Assembly (NCBI GenBank): GCA_963696045.1
Contig: CAVOIR010000002.1
Coordinates: forward strand, 12,562 to 76,561
Source of the DNA: an uncultured Chloroflexia bacterium
Lineage (GTDB): Bacteria; Chloroflexota; Limnocylindria; Limnocylindrales; CSP1-4
Length of the DNA stretch: 64,000 bases
Direction of reading: 5' to 3'
Position 1 is the stretch's first letter. Each line of letters begins with the position of its first letter. The notes beneath the pieces are model-generated. The model had not been told where the DNA came from. It saw only the letters and a list, made by a program, of their open reading frames with translations, and ran no database searches. This document shows positions 19,228-29,497 of the stretch, piece by piece. The translations under genes and the position numbers were made by a program.

Positions 19228-19984
19228 ATGATCCCGAACCGCGAATCGTCCGCCTCCCGGCCCAACGCCGACCTGCGCAAGACACGCGTCCGCCTTCCGG
19301 CAGACCAACAGCGCGTGGCTCGCCGAGCACGGCCTGCGCGAGGGCGTGCTGCTCCTGGGCGGCGCCTCGCTGGTCGACTTCCGTCAGCGTGTCGCGCAGT
19401 CGGGCCTGCGCGGCGACCTGACGCCGTCGTACTGGTCGCTCTGCGGCCTGCTCGTCGACGACGGCACGCGGTTCCTCTCCGTGCCGCTCGCCGTGCCCGA
19501 GCCCTCGACCGTGCCGAGCACCAACGCCATCCGCGAGTGCGCCATGGCCGACTACGACGACCCGGTGAGATGGCCCAACATCGGCGTCGTCCGCTTCGCC
19601 ACCGACATGGACGTCGTGGTGGCGCAGGCACGCGAAGTGGCCTCGCGGCGCACGGTCGTCGAGCTGCCTGCCCTGGTCCTGGCCTGGCTCGGCTTCGCCT
19701 GGGGGGTCACCGGCCAGCACAACCCGCTGACCGAGTCGCAGGGCATCCCCTCCGCGGTCTTCGTCGAGACCGCGCATGCCCTGGCCGGCGTCGAGCTGAC
19801 GCCGGGACTGGCCTCCGCGACGAGCTGCCCGGAGGCCATCTGGCAGGCAGCCAAGTGGTGGCACGAGTACTACGAGGAGGCGCCCACGATCGCCATCGGA
19901 ACGCACAGCGCGGGACCCATGCCGCCGCAGGGCCGCTACGCCATCCGCCAGCCCAAGGCCCAGGCCGGCGGGAGTGGGAGCTGA
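19228..19984 (+). CDS. Hypothetical protein (possible frame change near 19290)
   Basis: ORF 19346..19984 has protein-like composition (SLVDFRQRVAQSGLRGDLTPSYWSLCGLLVDDG...AIWQAAKWWHEYYEE). The upstream in-frame extension lacks a start, but ATG 19228 in the adjacent frame would supply one. Confidence 0.5.
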
Positions 19985-19989
19985 GCGCG

Positions 19990-21749
19990 ATGGACGCCGA
20001 TCCCGCACTACGACGCGGTCGTCATCGGCTCGGGCTTCGGTGGCTCGGTCATGACCCTTCGCCTCGCGGCCGGCGGGCAGCGCGTGCTGCTCCTCGAGCG
20101 CGGCCGCCGCTACCCGCCAGGGAGCTTCCCGCGCAGCCCGTACCGCATGGCCCGCGCGCTGTGGGACCCGAGCGAAGGGCTCTACGGCATGTTCTCGGTG
20201 TGGTCCTTCGACAACCTCGGCGCCATCGTCGTCGAGCGGGCTCGGCGGCGGCTCGCTCATCTACGCCAACGTGCTGCTGCGCAAGGACCCCGAGTGGTTC
20301 GTCAACGAGGACGGCGCCGGGGACAGCCCCGAGCGATGGCCCGTGACCCGCGAGGACCTGGAGCCCCACTACGACGAAGCCGAGCGCGATGCTCGGCGCC
20401 CAGCGCTTCCCCTTCGACGCGGAGCCGTACGCCAGCACGCCGCGGACGCGCGCCTTCCATGACGGCCGCGACCCGGCTGGGCTGGCAGCCCTTCTTCCCT
20501 CCGCTGGCCGTCACCTTCGCGGCGGATGGTCGCCCGCCGGCCATCGGCGAGCCCATCCCCGAGCCCGCCGGACGCCCCAACCTCCATGGCATGGCGCGCA
20601 CGACGTGCCGGCTCTGCGGCGAGTGCGACATCGGCTGCAACTACGGGGCCAAGAACACGCTCGACTTCAACTACCTGTCAGAGGCCGCGCACGCCGGCGC
20701 CGAGATCCGCGACCGCTGCGAGGTGCGCGAGTTCGAGCATCGTGACGGCGGCGGCTACGTCGTCCGCTACGTCGAGCACGACCTGGCCTGGGAGGGCAGG
20801 CCGCACGACACCGGGCGGCTGCCGCTCCAGGAGGTCAGCGCCGACGCGCGTCGTCCTCGCGGCCGGCACGCTCGGCACGACGTACCTGCTGCTGCGCAAC
20901 CAGCAGCGCCTGGGTGGTCGGCTGGCCGGCCCTGGGCACGCGCTTCTCGGGCAACGGCGACCTGCTGACGCTGGCCCTGCGAGCCGCGGGACCCGTCAGG
21001 GCAGGCCGATGCCCATCGAGGGCGGCGTCGGGCCGTCGATCACGGTCGCCGTGCGGTTCGCGGGCGAGCCCGACCCGGACGCCGCTGCGGGCGTCGCCGG
21101 GCCGCGGCTTCTACATCGAGGACGCCGGCTATCCGGACCTGCTCAACTGGCTCGTGCACTCGGCCGCGCTGCCGTTCTGGCTCGCCCGCGCAGGCCCACA
21201 CGTCAAGGCGCCTGCTGCTGCGGCTGCTCGGGCCGCGGCGCGGACACCGACATGAGCGCCGAGCTGTCGCGCCTGCTCGGCGACGCCGAGCTGTCGGCGG
21301 GGCTCCTGCCGCTGCTCGGGCATGGGCCGCGAGGTGCCGGTCGGCGTGCTCGGCCTGCGCGACGGCCGGCTCCACGGCAGACTGGTCGATCGACCGCTCG
21401 CGCGCCTACTTCGATGCGGTGCGGAGCCGCGCAGAAGGAGCTCGCGCACGAGCTGCGGCGCCGAAGCTCCAGGACAACCCGGTGTGGCACCTCGGCCGCC
21501 GGGTCATCACCGTCCACCCGCTGGGTGGCGCGCCGATGGGTCGCTCACGCCGCGGAGGGCGTCGTCGACGCGTGGGGACGGTGTTCGGGCATCCCGGGCT
21601 CTACGTCGCGGACGGCTCGGTGATGCCCGGGCACGGTGGGGCCCAACCCGAGCCTCACCATCGCCGCCCTGGCCGAGCGCTTCGCGGACGGCCATCCTCG
21701 ACGAGCCGCGCGGCGAGCCGCGTCGCGGCGTCGCGCGGGTCGGCCATGA
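19990..21749 (+). CDS. GMC-family (cholesterol-oxidase-like) FAD oxidoreductase, heavily interrupted (~8 frame changes)
   Basis: Pieces read across three frames. HYDAVVIGSGFGGSVMTLRLAAGGQRVLLLERG (FAD GxGxxG). CRLCGECDIGCNYGAKNTLDFNYL. VVLAAGTLGTTYLLL. VITVHPLGGAPMG...GLYVADGSVMPG..GPNPSLTIAALAER. Confidence 0.8.
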
Positions 21750-21762
21750 CCCGGCGGGCGCC

Positions 21763-23287
21763 ATGACGCGCCGGTCGCTCATCCTCGCCGGCGGCGGCTA
21801 CAAGGTCGCCTTCCAGGCGGGCGTGCTGCAGGTCTGGCTCGACGAGGCTGGGCCTCGAGTTCGACCACGCCGATGGCGCCAGCGGCGGCAACCTCAACCT
21901 GGCCATGTGGTGCCAGGGCATGAGCGGGCAGCCAGATCGCCGACAACTGGCGCGCGCACGCGGCCGGTGCGACGGCATCGGGCTCAACTGGCGCTCCTGG
22001 TGGAAGCTCATCTGGGCCGATTCACTGCTCACGCTGGACCGCTTCCGCCGCAACCTCCTGCCGCGCTGGGGCCTCGACTGGCGGCGCATCCGCGCCACCG
22101 AGCGCGAGGCCAGCTTCAACCTCTACGACTTCACCGAGCACGAGCTCGTCCCGCTGCCCGCGCTCGCAGATGGACGAGGACCTCCTGATGGCCTCGATCT
22201 CCATCCCGATGTGGTTCCCGCCGGTGCGCCGGGACGGCCACGACCTACCTCGACGCCGTGTTCCTCTCCGATGCCAACCTCGAGGAGGCCATCGACCGCG
22301 GCGCCGACGAGCTCTGGGTCATCTGGACGGTCAGCGAGCGGAGCGAGTGGTGGGCCGGCTTCGTCGGCATCTACTTCGGCATCATCGAGACCGTCGCCAA
22401 CGGCAACCTCCGCCGCGTCCTGCGACGCATCGAGCGCAGCAACGCCGCGCTGGCGGCCGGGGGCAGCGGCGAGTTCGGGCGGCACATCGAGGTCAAGCTC
22501 ATCCGCGGCGGAGGTGCCCATGCACTACCTCGTCGTCCTGTCGGGCGACCGCGTGCGCGAGGCGTCGAACGCGGGCGTCCTGGCCGCCCGCGCGTGGTGC
22601 CGCGAGCAGGGCATCCCGCTCCGCGACCCGGAGGCCGTCGCGGCCGCCACGGACACCACCCGTCTGCGCTTCACCGAGGAGATGAAGGGCTTCGTGGCCG
22701 CCGGGGAGACGAGACACTGGCAAGGGCCGGGCAGCGGCCGAGGCCCGCGGCGAGCGGCTGATGGTCCACCTCACCATCTCGCTCGACGGCGTCCGCCGCT
22801 TCATCGCCGACCCGGAGCGTGAAGGCACGGCGGAGGGCTGGGTCGAGTGGTCGGCCTGGCCAGGGCGTCGGCCGGTCGAACGGGGCACCTTCAACCTCTT
22901 CGTCGACGCCGGCGACCCCACGGTCAAGTGGATGCGCTACCGCCTCTTCGTCGCGCGATCCCGACGGGGCGGCCCGCCACGATCAGCGGCTTCAAGCACG
23001 TCCGCGACGACCCCGGGTTCGACCTCTGGTCGGATACCTCGACGCTCTTCACGCGCGTCTTCCGCGGCCACGTCACGCTCGCCGAGGAGGACCAGGCCGA
23101 GGTCCTGGGCGCCGGCGTCATCAACGTCCACCTGGACGACTTCCTGCGACCAGCTCACGACGTTCGAGGTGGATGCCGCGAGCCGCGCCGAGCAGGCCGA
23201 GGTCCTGCTGCCGCGTTCGGGCGCTCCTTCATGGGCAAGCTCTGGGACGTCTACGCGCGGAGGATCCTCGACTATGGCCCCATCTGA
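21763..23287 (+). CDS. Patatin-like phospholipase with a conserved C-terminal extension (~6 frame changes)
   Basis: MTRRSLILAGGGYKVAFQAGVLQVWLDEAG (GGGxK/R oxyanion motif). DGASGGNLN (GxSxG). YLDAVFLSDANL (catalytic Asp region). C-terminal RLRFTEEMKGFV...MVHLTISLDGVRRFIADPEREG...FKHVRDDPGFDLWSDTSTLFTRV. One frame is open from the GMC gene into this one, so a fusion is possible. Confidence 0.75.
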
Positions 23288-23295
23288 CGATCTCC

Positions 23296-23848
23296 GTGCT
23301 CCCCGAGACCGGCCCGCCGCTCGGCTCCGGTCATCGGACCAGCTGGCAGGCTGACCCCGAGCTCCCAGTCGCGGGCGCCATCGAGCTCGGGATGAGCGTC
23401 GAGCAGCTGTGGTCGGTCTTCTCGCGGGTGCGCTCGTGGCCGGAATGGAACCCCTGCATGTGGACGGCGACCGTCTCCGGAGGTCGGACACTCGCCGAGG
23501 GCGGTCCACTGGCCCAGGGGCGCCAGCTCATCTGGGCCTTCAACCCCATCCGGCCGTTCCTCCTCTATCGCCTCCCGGTCGTCGCCCGCCTCGTCGAGGT
23601 GGTGGCGCAGCAGCCGCGTCTCCTGGGAGGTCACCGTCATCCCGGGCATGTGGGCGCTGCACACCTACTGGATGGAGCCCGTCGGCGAGCAGCGCTGCCG
23701 CTTCGGCTCATGGGAGGTGGCAGAGGGACCGGTCTACCGAGGGCTCCGTCCCTTCTGGCAAGCACATTTCACCTTCGTGCGCGACGCGTCCCTGCAGGGC
23801 GCCCGAACGTTGGCCCCCGGCGGCGTCAGCAGCCGAGTGCGTAGCTGA
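23296..23848 (+). CDS. SRPBCC (START/polyketide-cyclase-like) ligand-binding protein (one frame change near 23610)
   Basis: MSVEQLWSVFSRVRSWPEWNPCMW...QLIWAFNPIRPFLLYRLPVVARLVEV, continuing in ORF 23648..23848 (WALHTYWMEPVGEQRCRFGSWEVAEGPVY). The GTG start follows the patatin stop. Confidence 0.65.
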
Positions 23849-24134
23849 CGGCGGCGCAGACCCGCTCCATCGTGTCATCGCTCACCGTCCCGGCGTACGT
23901 CGTCAGCGAAGCCTTCGTGATGGTGTGAAGGCCATCGCAGTTGATGACCGATGGCCGGTGGAGACCGGCCTGCTCGTGGTCGAAGTCGACCTCTGCAGCG
24001 ATGCCGCGGATGGACGATGTGACCTCCGCGACGGTGACGAGCGCGCGCACATCGATGACCTCGGGTCGCGTCAGCACCAGGACGGGCCGGCGCTTGCGCC
24101 CGACCTCGGCGTACCAGATCTCGCCGCGGTTCAC
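23826..24134 (-). CDS. mazF: MazF/PemK-family type II toxin (mRNA interferase)
   Basis: 102 aa from a GTG start: VNRGEIWYAEVGRKRRPVLVLTRPEVIDVRALVTVAEVTSSIRGIAAEVDFDHEQAGLHRPSVINCDGLHTI. The GTGA start/stop overlaps the upstream antitoxin frame. Confidence 0.85.
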   Translation of the reverse strand: MNRGEIWYAEVGRKRRPVLVLTRPEVIDVRALVTVAEVTSSIRGIAAEVDFDHEQAGLHRPSVINCDGLHTITKASLTTYAGTVSDDTMERVCAAVSYALGC

Positions 24135-24338
24135 TCCTCGGTCCAGGCCTCGACACTCGGACCAGAACGGGTCGGGTTGTTCGGGACGACGCTGATAGGC
24201 CTCCCGGTCAGCCCGCGCCGTCGCCGCTCGAACCGCCGCCTCCACGCCGTCGCGAGCCGCCGCTGAGACGTTGACCCTGAGGCGACGTGCGCGCCCAGCG
24301 AGTGCCGGTCCATGGTGAAGCTGCTGCGGAGATGCCAT
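24131..24338 (-). CDS. Putative MazE-like antitoxin (one frame change)
   Basis: ATG at 24338 opens MASPQQLHHG...RVNVSAAARDGVEAAVRAATARADREAYQRR. The frame ending ...EAWTEE-TGA overlaps the toxin GTG by 4 nt (GTGA). The length is not a multiple of 3, so one indel is required. Confidence 0.55.
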
Positions 24339-24344
24339 CGCTGC

Positions 24345-24388
24345 ATGCTAGCACGTAGCAGCACGAATGCTAGCACAACGGTAGCAGC
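24345..24388. promoter_or_regulatory. Candidate mazEF operator/promoter repeats in the mazE-corA divergent region
   Basis: ATGCTAGCAC occurs at 24345-24354 and 24367-24376 (22 bp apart). Each copy contains the palindrome TGCTAGCA and is followed by GTAGCAGC (24355-62, 24381-88). Confidence 0.5.
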
Positions 24389-24435
24389 GACTGCGCTGCA
24401 GGCATGCGCGTGACCCTCGACGCAGCGCGGGCATC

Positions 24436-25396
24436 ATGTCGTGCATGGGCATCACGGTGCGGGTCTATTCGGTGGGGTCGGACCAGGAGGAGGAACTGTC
24501 TCTCGAGGCCGCGGCCGAGCGACTCGATGAGGGCTCCATCCTCTGGGTGGACGCCGACCGCGAAGAGACCTCGCTGGTCGAGATCGAGGAACGGCTCGGC
24601 CTGGGTGATGGCATCCGCAGCCTGGTCTCGAGGCCGCGTGAGGGCCTTGCCCTGCGAGGCCACGACATCCGTCTCTCGGTCACGTGCCTGCGCGACACGC
24701 CTGGCGACGCAACGGCGGTCAGGCTCGACATCCTGCTCGCTCGGAACGTCGTCGTCTCCATCCACGCCGATCCGGTCCGCGGGCTGACCGACCCCATCGA
24801 TACGGTCGCGGAGGATCCGCGATTCGGGCGCCTCGACGCGGGTCGTTTCGGCGGGCTGCTGCTCGACGGCATCCTGGACGGATACGACGCGGCCATCGAG
24901 GAGCTGGAACGGGACATCGACCGCCTCGACGATCTGGCGCTGCGTAGCGAGCAGCGCGAGGACGTGCTCGGAACGATGGTGGAGCTGCGACGCCGCATCG
25001 CCGCGATGCGCCGGTGGCTGGCCCCGAGCCGCGCCGTCTTCGCCGCCCTGACGAGACCCATCGACGATGAGCCATCGCCCATCGGGGCGCCGTCCGTGGA
25101 GCTGGTCGCGCATCTCGACCGCACGCTCGACAGCATCGAGCGATGCCGGAATCAGCTCCTCGGCTCGTTCGACATCGTCATGACCCGAACCAACCAGCGC
25201 ACCAACGACGTGGTGCGCATCCTGACGGTCATCTCGGCCGTGCTCCTGCCGTCGGTCGTCATCGCCGGGATCATGGGCATGAACTTCCAGGCCCGAGCTC
25301 TTCGATGAGCCTCGTCTCTTCTACGTCGTCGTCGGCGCCATGATCGCCCTGGCGGTCCTGACACTGGCATTCGCCCGCTGGCGCCGCTGGATCTGA
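24436..25396 (+). CDS. corA: CorA-family magnesium/cobalt transporter (one frame change near 25290)
   Basis: Cytoplasmic domain, then VVRILTVISAVLLPSVVIAGIMGMNF (GMN motif). The last TM helix (LFYVVVGAMIALAVLTLAFARWRRWI-stop at 25394-25396) is in the adjacent frame. Confidence 0.85.
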
Positions 25397-25412
25397 CCGA
25401 CCGAGCGCCCGC

Positions 25413-26526
25413 TCAGGGCAGGGCGGCGACGGCAGCCTCGGCCAGCTCCGGGCTCCCCGACATGGTCGGTGACGACCCAGACGGTATCGCCGCTCGCCAG
25501 GATGTGCTTCTTCACGGTGCCCAGGTCGATCGTCGTGACCTGGCGCCCGCCAAGCTCAGTCTCGCTGCGGCCGACCTCGCCGGCCAGCGGCTCGCCGGAC
25601 CCGAGCAGGACCTCGGAGCGCAGCCGCTCGACCATCTCTGCCGAAGCCTCGGGCAGCTGGTAGCCCTCGACCTCGACGCTCTGGTCGCTGGACTCGAGCC
25701 CCCACCACGCGACGGCCCCGATGATGTCCGTCGGCGAGATGCCCTCGTCGAGGTAGAGGTCCAGCATCCAGTCCTCGAAGGCCGGGCCAAGGCGCTCCGA
25801 GAGCGTCGGGAAGAACAGCGGCTCGACCGCCTCGTAGAGGCCCGCGCGGCGGCGGCCGTCCAGCTCGACCGGCATTCGCCTCGAGACCATCTCGTCGGTC
25901 GTGACCGCGCTCGGAGTGCCCAGTGGCAGCTGCTCGAGGAGCTCGAGCACAGCGGGCTCATCGGCACCGATGATCCAGGCGGTGTCCCCGTCGATGTACA
26001 CGGTCCGTGGATAGACGCCGGGGATGGCTTCATCCGTCACCCGAAGCACCCAGCGGCTGCCCAGGGGGCGCAATACGAACCCGGGCTCCTCCACGTCGCT
26101 GAGCAGCAGCCGCACGGCCTGCTCCACGAACTCGCCCGCCTCGACGCCGGCGATGCGCAGGCCCACGATGACGGCCTGGTTGCCCTCGGTCGGCTCGGCC
26201 AGGGCGGATCGCACGATCAGGTCGTCGATGTCCTTCCCCAGCGACTCGAGGAGTGCCCGGGTCGCATCGGCATAGGCGGCGTCCTCGGGAGCGCCATCAC
26301 CGGACGCGGCGAGCCATTCGGAGCCGGTATAGGTGCGGACGTCGAGCTCGGCGCCCGCGAGCGTCGTCGGGAAGGCCGGCAGACCGGGCTGTGCCGCCGA
26401 GGGAGCAGGGCTCGGGGATGCCTGGGCAAGGGAGACAGCCGGCAGGGCGAAGGCCAGCATGGAGACGAAGGCGGCCGTGAGCCCCAGCGAGGGACCCGAG
26501 CGCCGGCGCAGGACGCGGTGCAGGAC
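25413..26526 (-). CDS. Secreted protein, two tandem copies of the module seen in 12965..13577 (frame change near the 3' end; start approximate)
   Basis: Signal peptide ...RRRSGPSLGLTAAFVSMLAFALPAVSLAQA. Module 1: FPTTLAGAELDVRTYTGSEWLA...DTAWIIGADEPAVLELLEQLP. Module 2 ends DTVWVVTDHVGEP, then ELAEAAVAALP-stop in the neighbouring frame. Confidence 0.6.
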
Positions 26527-26618
26527 GCAGATGAGGCAACGACGCGGACCTCCCGTGAGCTCTCAGGCGGGCGTCGGCGAGGTGCCGCGTCGCGTCAGCG
26601 AGACACCCTCATCGTGAC

Positions 26619-28085
26619 CTATCGCCAGGGTTGTGTCAGGAGCCGTGCGCCGCGCCCGTCCCCTGACCGTGGCGCCGGCGGAATCCTCCGCGCGTTCGTT
26701 CTCGCCGCACCGCGTGTGGAAGGCCCCTGGAGATAGGGCATCCATGCCGGCGCCACGTCGAACCCGCTGCCGGATGGAGCCGCGGCCTCGCCCCGGTCCG
26801 CTCCGCGAGCGGCGGCGCGCCCACCTCGCCGGCCTTCGCCGGCCCTCCCCCGTGACCCCTTGCCGCCCCGCTTGTGCTTCCGGTCGGCCTTCTTGCCGCC
26901 GTGCTTGGCGACCTTCATCGTGACCATGCCCGACGGCAGGTAGGCGAAGGGGTTGAGTGGGGTGCTGCCCTGCAGGAGCTCGAAGTGGAGGTGCGTCCCA
27001 GTGCTGTTCCCGGTGTTGCCCATCCTGCCGATGGCCTCACCCTGGCGTACGAACTGGCCGACGCGCGCGATGCTCCCCGGGATGAGGTGCCCGTAGCGCG
27101 TCACGTAACCGTCAGGGTGGCTCACGACCATGATCCACGCTCGGCCACCTTCGTCCCAGGGGTTCCAGCCGGCGTAGGCGACCACCCCGTCGGCGGCCGC
27201 ATGGATCCTCGAGCCGTATCCGGACACGATGTCCAGGCCATCGTGGAAGTGCCGGCACGAACCACGAGGCGGGTTCAGGTAGAAGCCGGTGCAGCCGTAG
27301 GTCTGGGCGATGCGGCCGACGCTCGGCCAGGTGAAACCCGGGCCGCTGACGCTGAGCTGCACGCTCGACTGGATCTCTGCGCGCTGGGCTGCCAGGGAGG
27401 TCAGCTGCACGATGTAGGAGCCCAGCCCACCCTCTGCCGATTCGCGGCGCGCCACCGCGCCGCGCAGCGAGCGCTTCAGGCTGTTCAGGCGATGCTGGCG
27501 GGCGCTCCGGTAGCGGATGGCGGTGCGGAAGTGCTGGCCGATGGACTGACGACGAGCCTGTGCCTTCCTGAGCTCGGCGCGGACGCTCTGGACACGGTCG
27601 GCGAACCCGGGCGGGATCTGCTCGGGAGGTGTCGCGGCATGCATGGCCTCGAGCTCGGCGAGCCGCGCCGCCCGCTGCTGGACCACGGCCGTCGCCAGGC
27701 GGTGGGCGCGCTTGTTTCGGGTGATGGCCTGCTTGGCCTCCCGGAGCGCGCGGCTGCTGACCTTCGCCTGGGCCTTGATGGCGGCCACCGCTGCGTCGGC
27801 CGAGAGCATGGCTGATTCGAAGTACGACTGACCCCGCCGGCTGGACGAGATCTGGCTGCCCAGCTCAGTGGCGGCTTCGGCGGTGTGCGTCTCGAGGCTG
27901 CCGATGACGAGCGCAAGGACACAGAGCGACACCACCGCATGGGTGGTCAGGCGCGACCAGACCCGCTGGCTCCCTCGAGGCACCGATCTCCACTCCCGCT
28001 TCGCCGGATCGAGACGACCGTGGCCGTGGGCACGGGCGGCACGCGGGCTCGTCTCTGAAGGCCCCGGCAGCGTAGCCGGGACCAT
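26619..28085 (-). CDS. M23 metallopeptidase with an N-terminal TM anchor, coiled-coil region and a basic Gly/Lys/Arg tail
   Basis: Intact 488-aa ORF. HFHDGLDIV...AWIMVVSHPDGYVTRYGHL...GRMGNTGNSTGTHLHFEL. The coiled-coil-like region spans residues ~80-240. Confidence 0.85.
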   Translation of the reverse strand: MVPATLPGPSETSPRAARAHGHGRLDPAKREWRSVPRGSQRVWSRLTTHAVVSLCVLALVIGSLETHTAEAATELGSQISSSRRGQSYFESAMLSADAAVAAIKAQAKVSSRALREAKQAITRNKRAHRLATAVVQQRAARLAELEAMHAATPPEQIPPGFADRVQSVRAELRKAQARRQSIGQHFRTAIRYRSARQHRLNSLKRSLRGAVARRESAEGGLGSYIVQLTSLAAQRAEIQSSVQLSVSGPGFTWPSVGRIAQTYGCTGFYLNPPRGSCRHFHDGLDIVSGYGSRIHAAADGVVAYAGWNPWDEGGRAWIMVVSHPDGYVTRYGHLIPGSIARVGQFVRQGEAIGRMGNTGNSTGTHLHFELLQGSTPLNPFAYLPSGMVTMKVAKHGGKKADRKHKRGGKGSRGRAGEGRRGGRAAARGADRGEAAAPSGSGFDVAPAWMPYLQGPSTRGAARTNARRIPPAPRSGDGRGARLLTQPWR

Positions 28086-28193
28086 CGGCGTGCGTAGCCT
28101 AACCGAACGTCCATCAGTACCAGTACCCAGGAGCTACGCAGCTTTGCGTATCCACGGGCGCTTCATGGCGCCCTGGCGCACCGCTTGCGCGAC

Positions 28194-28520
28194 TCAGTGG
28201 AGGAGCCGGGACCCCGCGTCCACGCCGTGCTCGGGGGAGTCCTGCTCGAAATCGTGGCCGATGCGCTCCGCGGTTCGATGGATGGCCTCGTCGATCTCGA
28301 GGAACTCGGCCAGGCCTCCGAAGCCGGCATGCCAGTCGAGGAGCTTGTGAAACGCTTCGTGCACGACGGCGTCGCGAAGGCCGGCCAGCTCGAGCTCTGC
28401 GCGTGCCGAGGCTTCGAGCTCGCCGCTCTCGAGGGCCATCGAGAGCGCTTCGTCCAGGGCATCACCGCGGTCGAGGCGAGCGACGATCTCGCGGGCCAGC
28501 TCGCTCACGGTCTTGGGCAT
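28194..28520 (-). CDS. Hypothetical acidic helical protein
   Basis: Intact 108-aa ORF with protein-like composition (MPKTVSELAREIVARLDRGDALDEALSMALESGELE...). No recognisable family. Confidence 0.5.
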   Translation of the reverse strand: MPKTVSELAREIVARLDRGDALDEALSMALESGELEASARAELELAGLRDAVVHEAFHKLLDWHAGFGGLAEFLEIDEAIHRTAERIGHDFEQDSPEHGVDAGSRLLH

Positions 28521-28641
28521 GCGCGCGCTCCCATCTGCTTGCGAGGCACGACCATCGTGCGCTTCCTGACTGCCTGAGGTGACTGCCGAGCCAAGGGTAC
28601 CCGTCCGGCGAAGCGGCGGAAGGGCTGGCCATCCGCCTCGC

Positions 28642-29497
28642 TCAGCCGGCCGAGCTATCGGGCGGTCGCGTCTCGATGGTCTGCGGCGATCCGTGCGTCC
28701 GCTCCGCGATGGTGAAGCGCCCCTCGTGCTCGGCGTGGGGGTCGGAGATGAGGATGCCGAACGTCTCCATGAGGCGATCCGGCGTCAGGACCTCGGCGCC
28801 CGCTCCCAGGGCCACGACACGCCGCGCCAGCAGGAGCACCTGGTGGTACTCGACGGCTTCCCCGATGTCGTGGGTCGCCGTGACGAGGGCTGCTCCGCGC
28901 CGCAGCTCGGCTGCGAAGGCGTCGAGGTAGCGCTCGCGCCCGCCTGCATCGAGCCCGGCCGTGGGCTCGTCGAGGACGATGAGGTCGGCCCGGTGGGCCA
29001 GCACCTTGGCCAGGTAGACGCGCTGCCGCTGCCCGCCCGAGAGGTCCCGCATGGGCCGCCCGCGGAACGCCGTGACGTCCATCGTCTCCATGGCCCAGTC
29101 GACGAGCTCGCGGTCGATGGGGCCCGGTCGTCCGACCAGGCCGAGCGACGGATAGCGCGCCATGCGTACGACATCGACCGCCCGGATGGGCAGCACGGTG
29201 CCGGAGACGTGGAACTGCGAGAGATACGCCAGCCGCGCCGGTGCCCGGCCTGGCGTCGTGCCCAGGACAGCTCAGACTGCCCGCGAGGCTGGGCAGCAGG
29301 CCCACGAGCGTCCGGATGAGGGTCGACTTGCCCGATCCGTTCGTGCCCACGAGGGCGAGCGACCCGCCGGCCGGCACGGCCAGGTCGATGGCGGGCACGA
29401 CGACCTCATCGCGATAGCCGATGGCCAAGGCGCTCGCTTCGATGGCGCTCCGGGCGATGGTGCGCGTGGCTCGTCCATCGGTCGTCATCGCGCTCAT
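28642..29497 (-). CDS. Metal (Zn/Mn-type) ABC transporter ATP-binding protein (one frame change near 29270)
   Basis: Walker A LALVGTNGSGKSTL in the ORF 28655..30400 frame. Signature/Walker B LSGGQRQRVYLAKVLAHRADLIVLDEPTAGLD in ORF 28642..29196. The ATGA start overlaps the permease stop. Confidence 0.85.
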
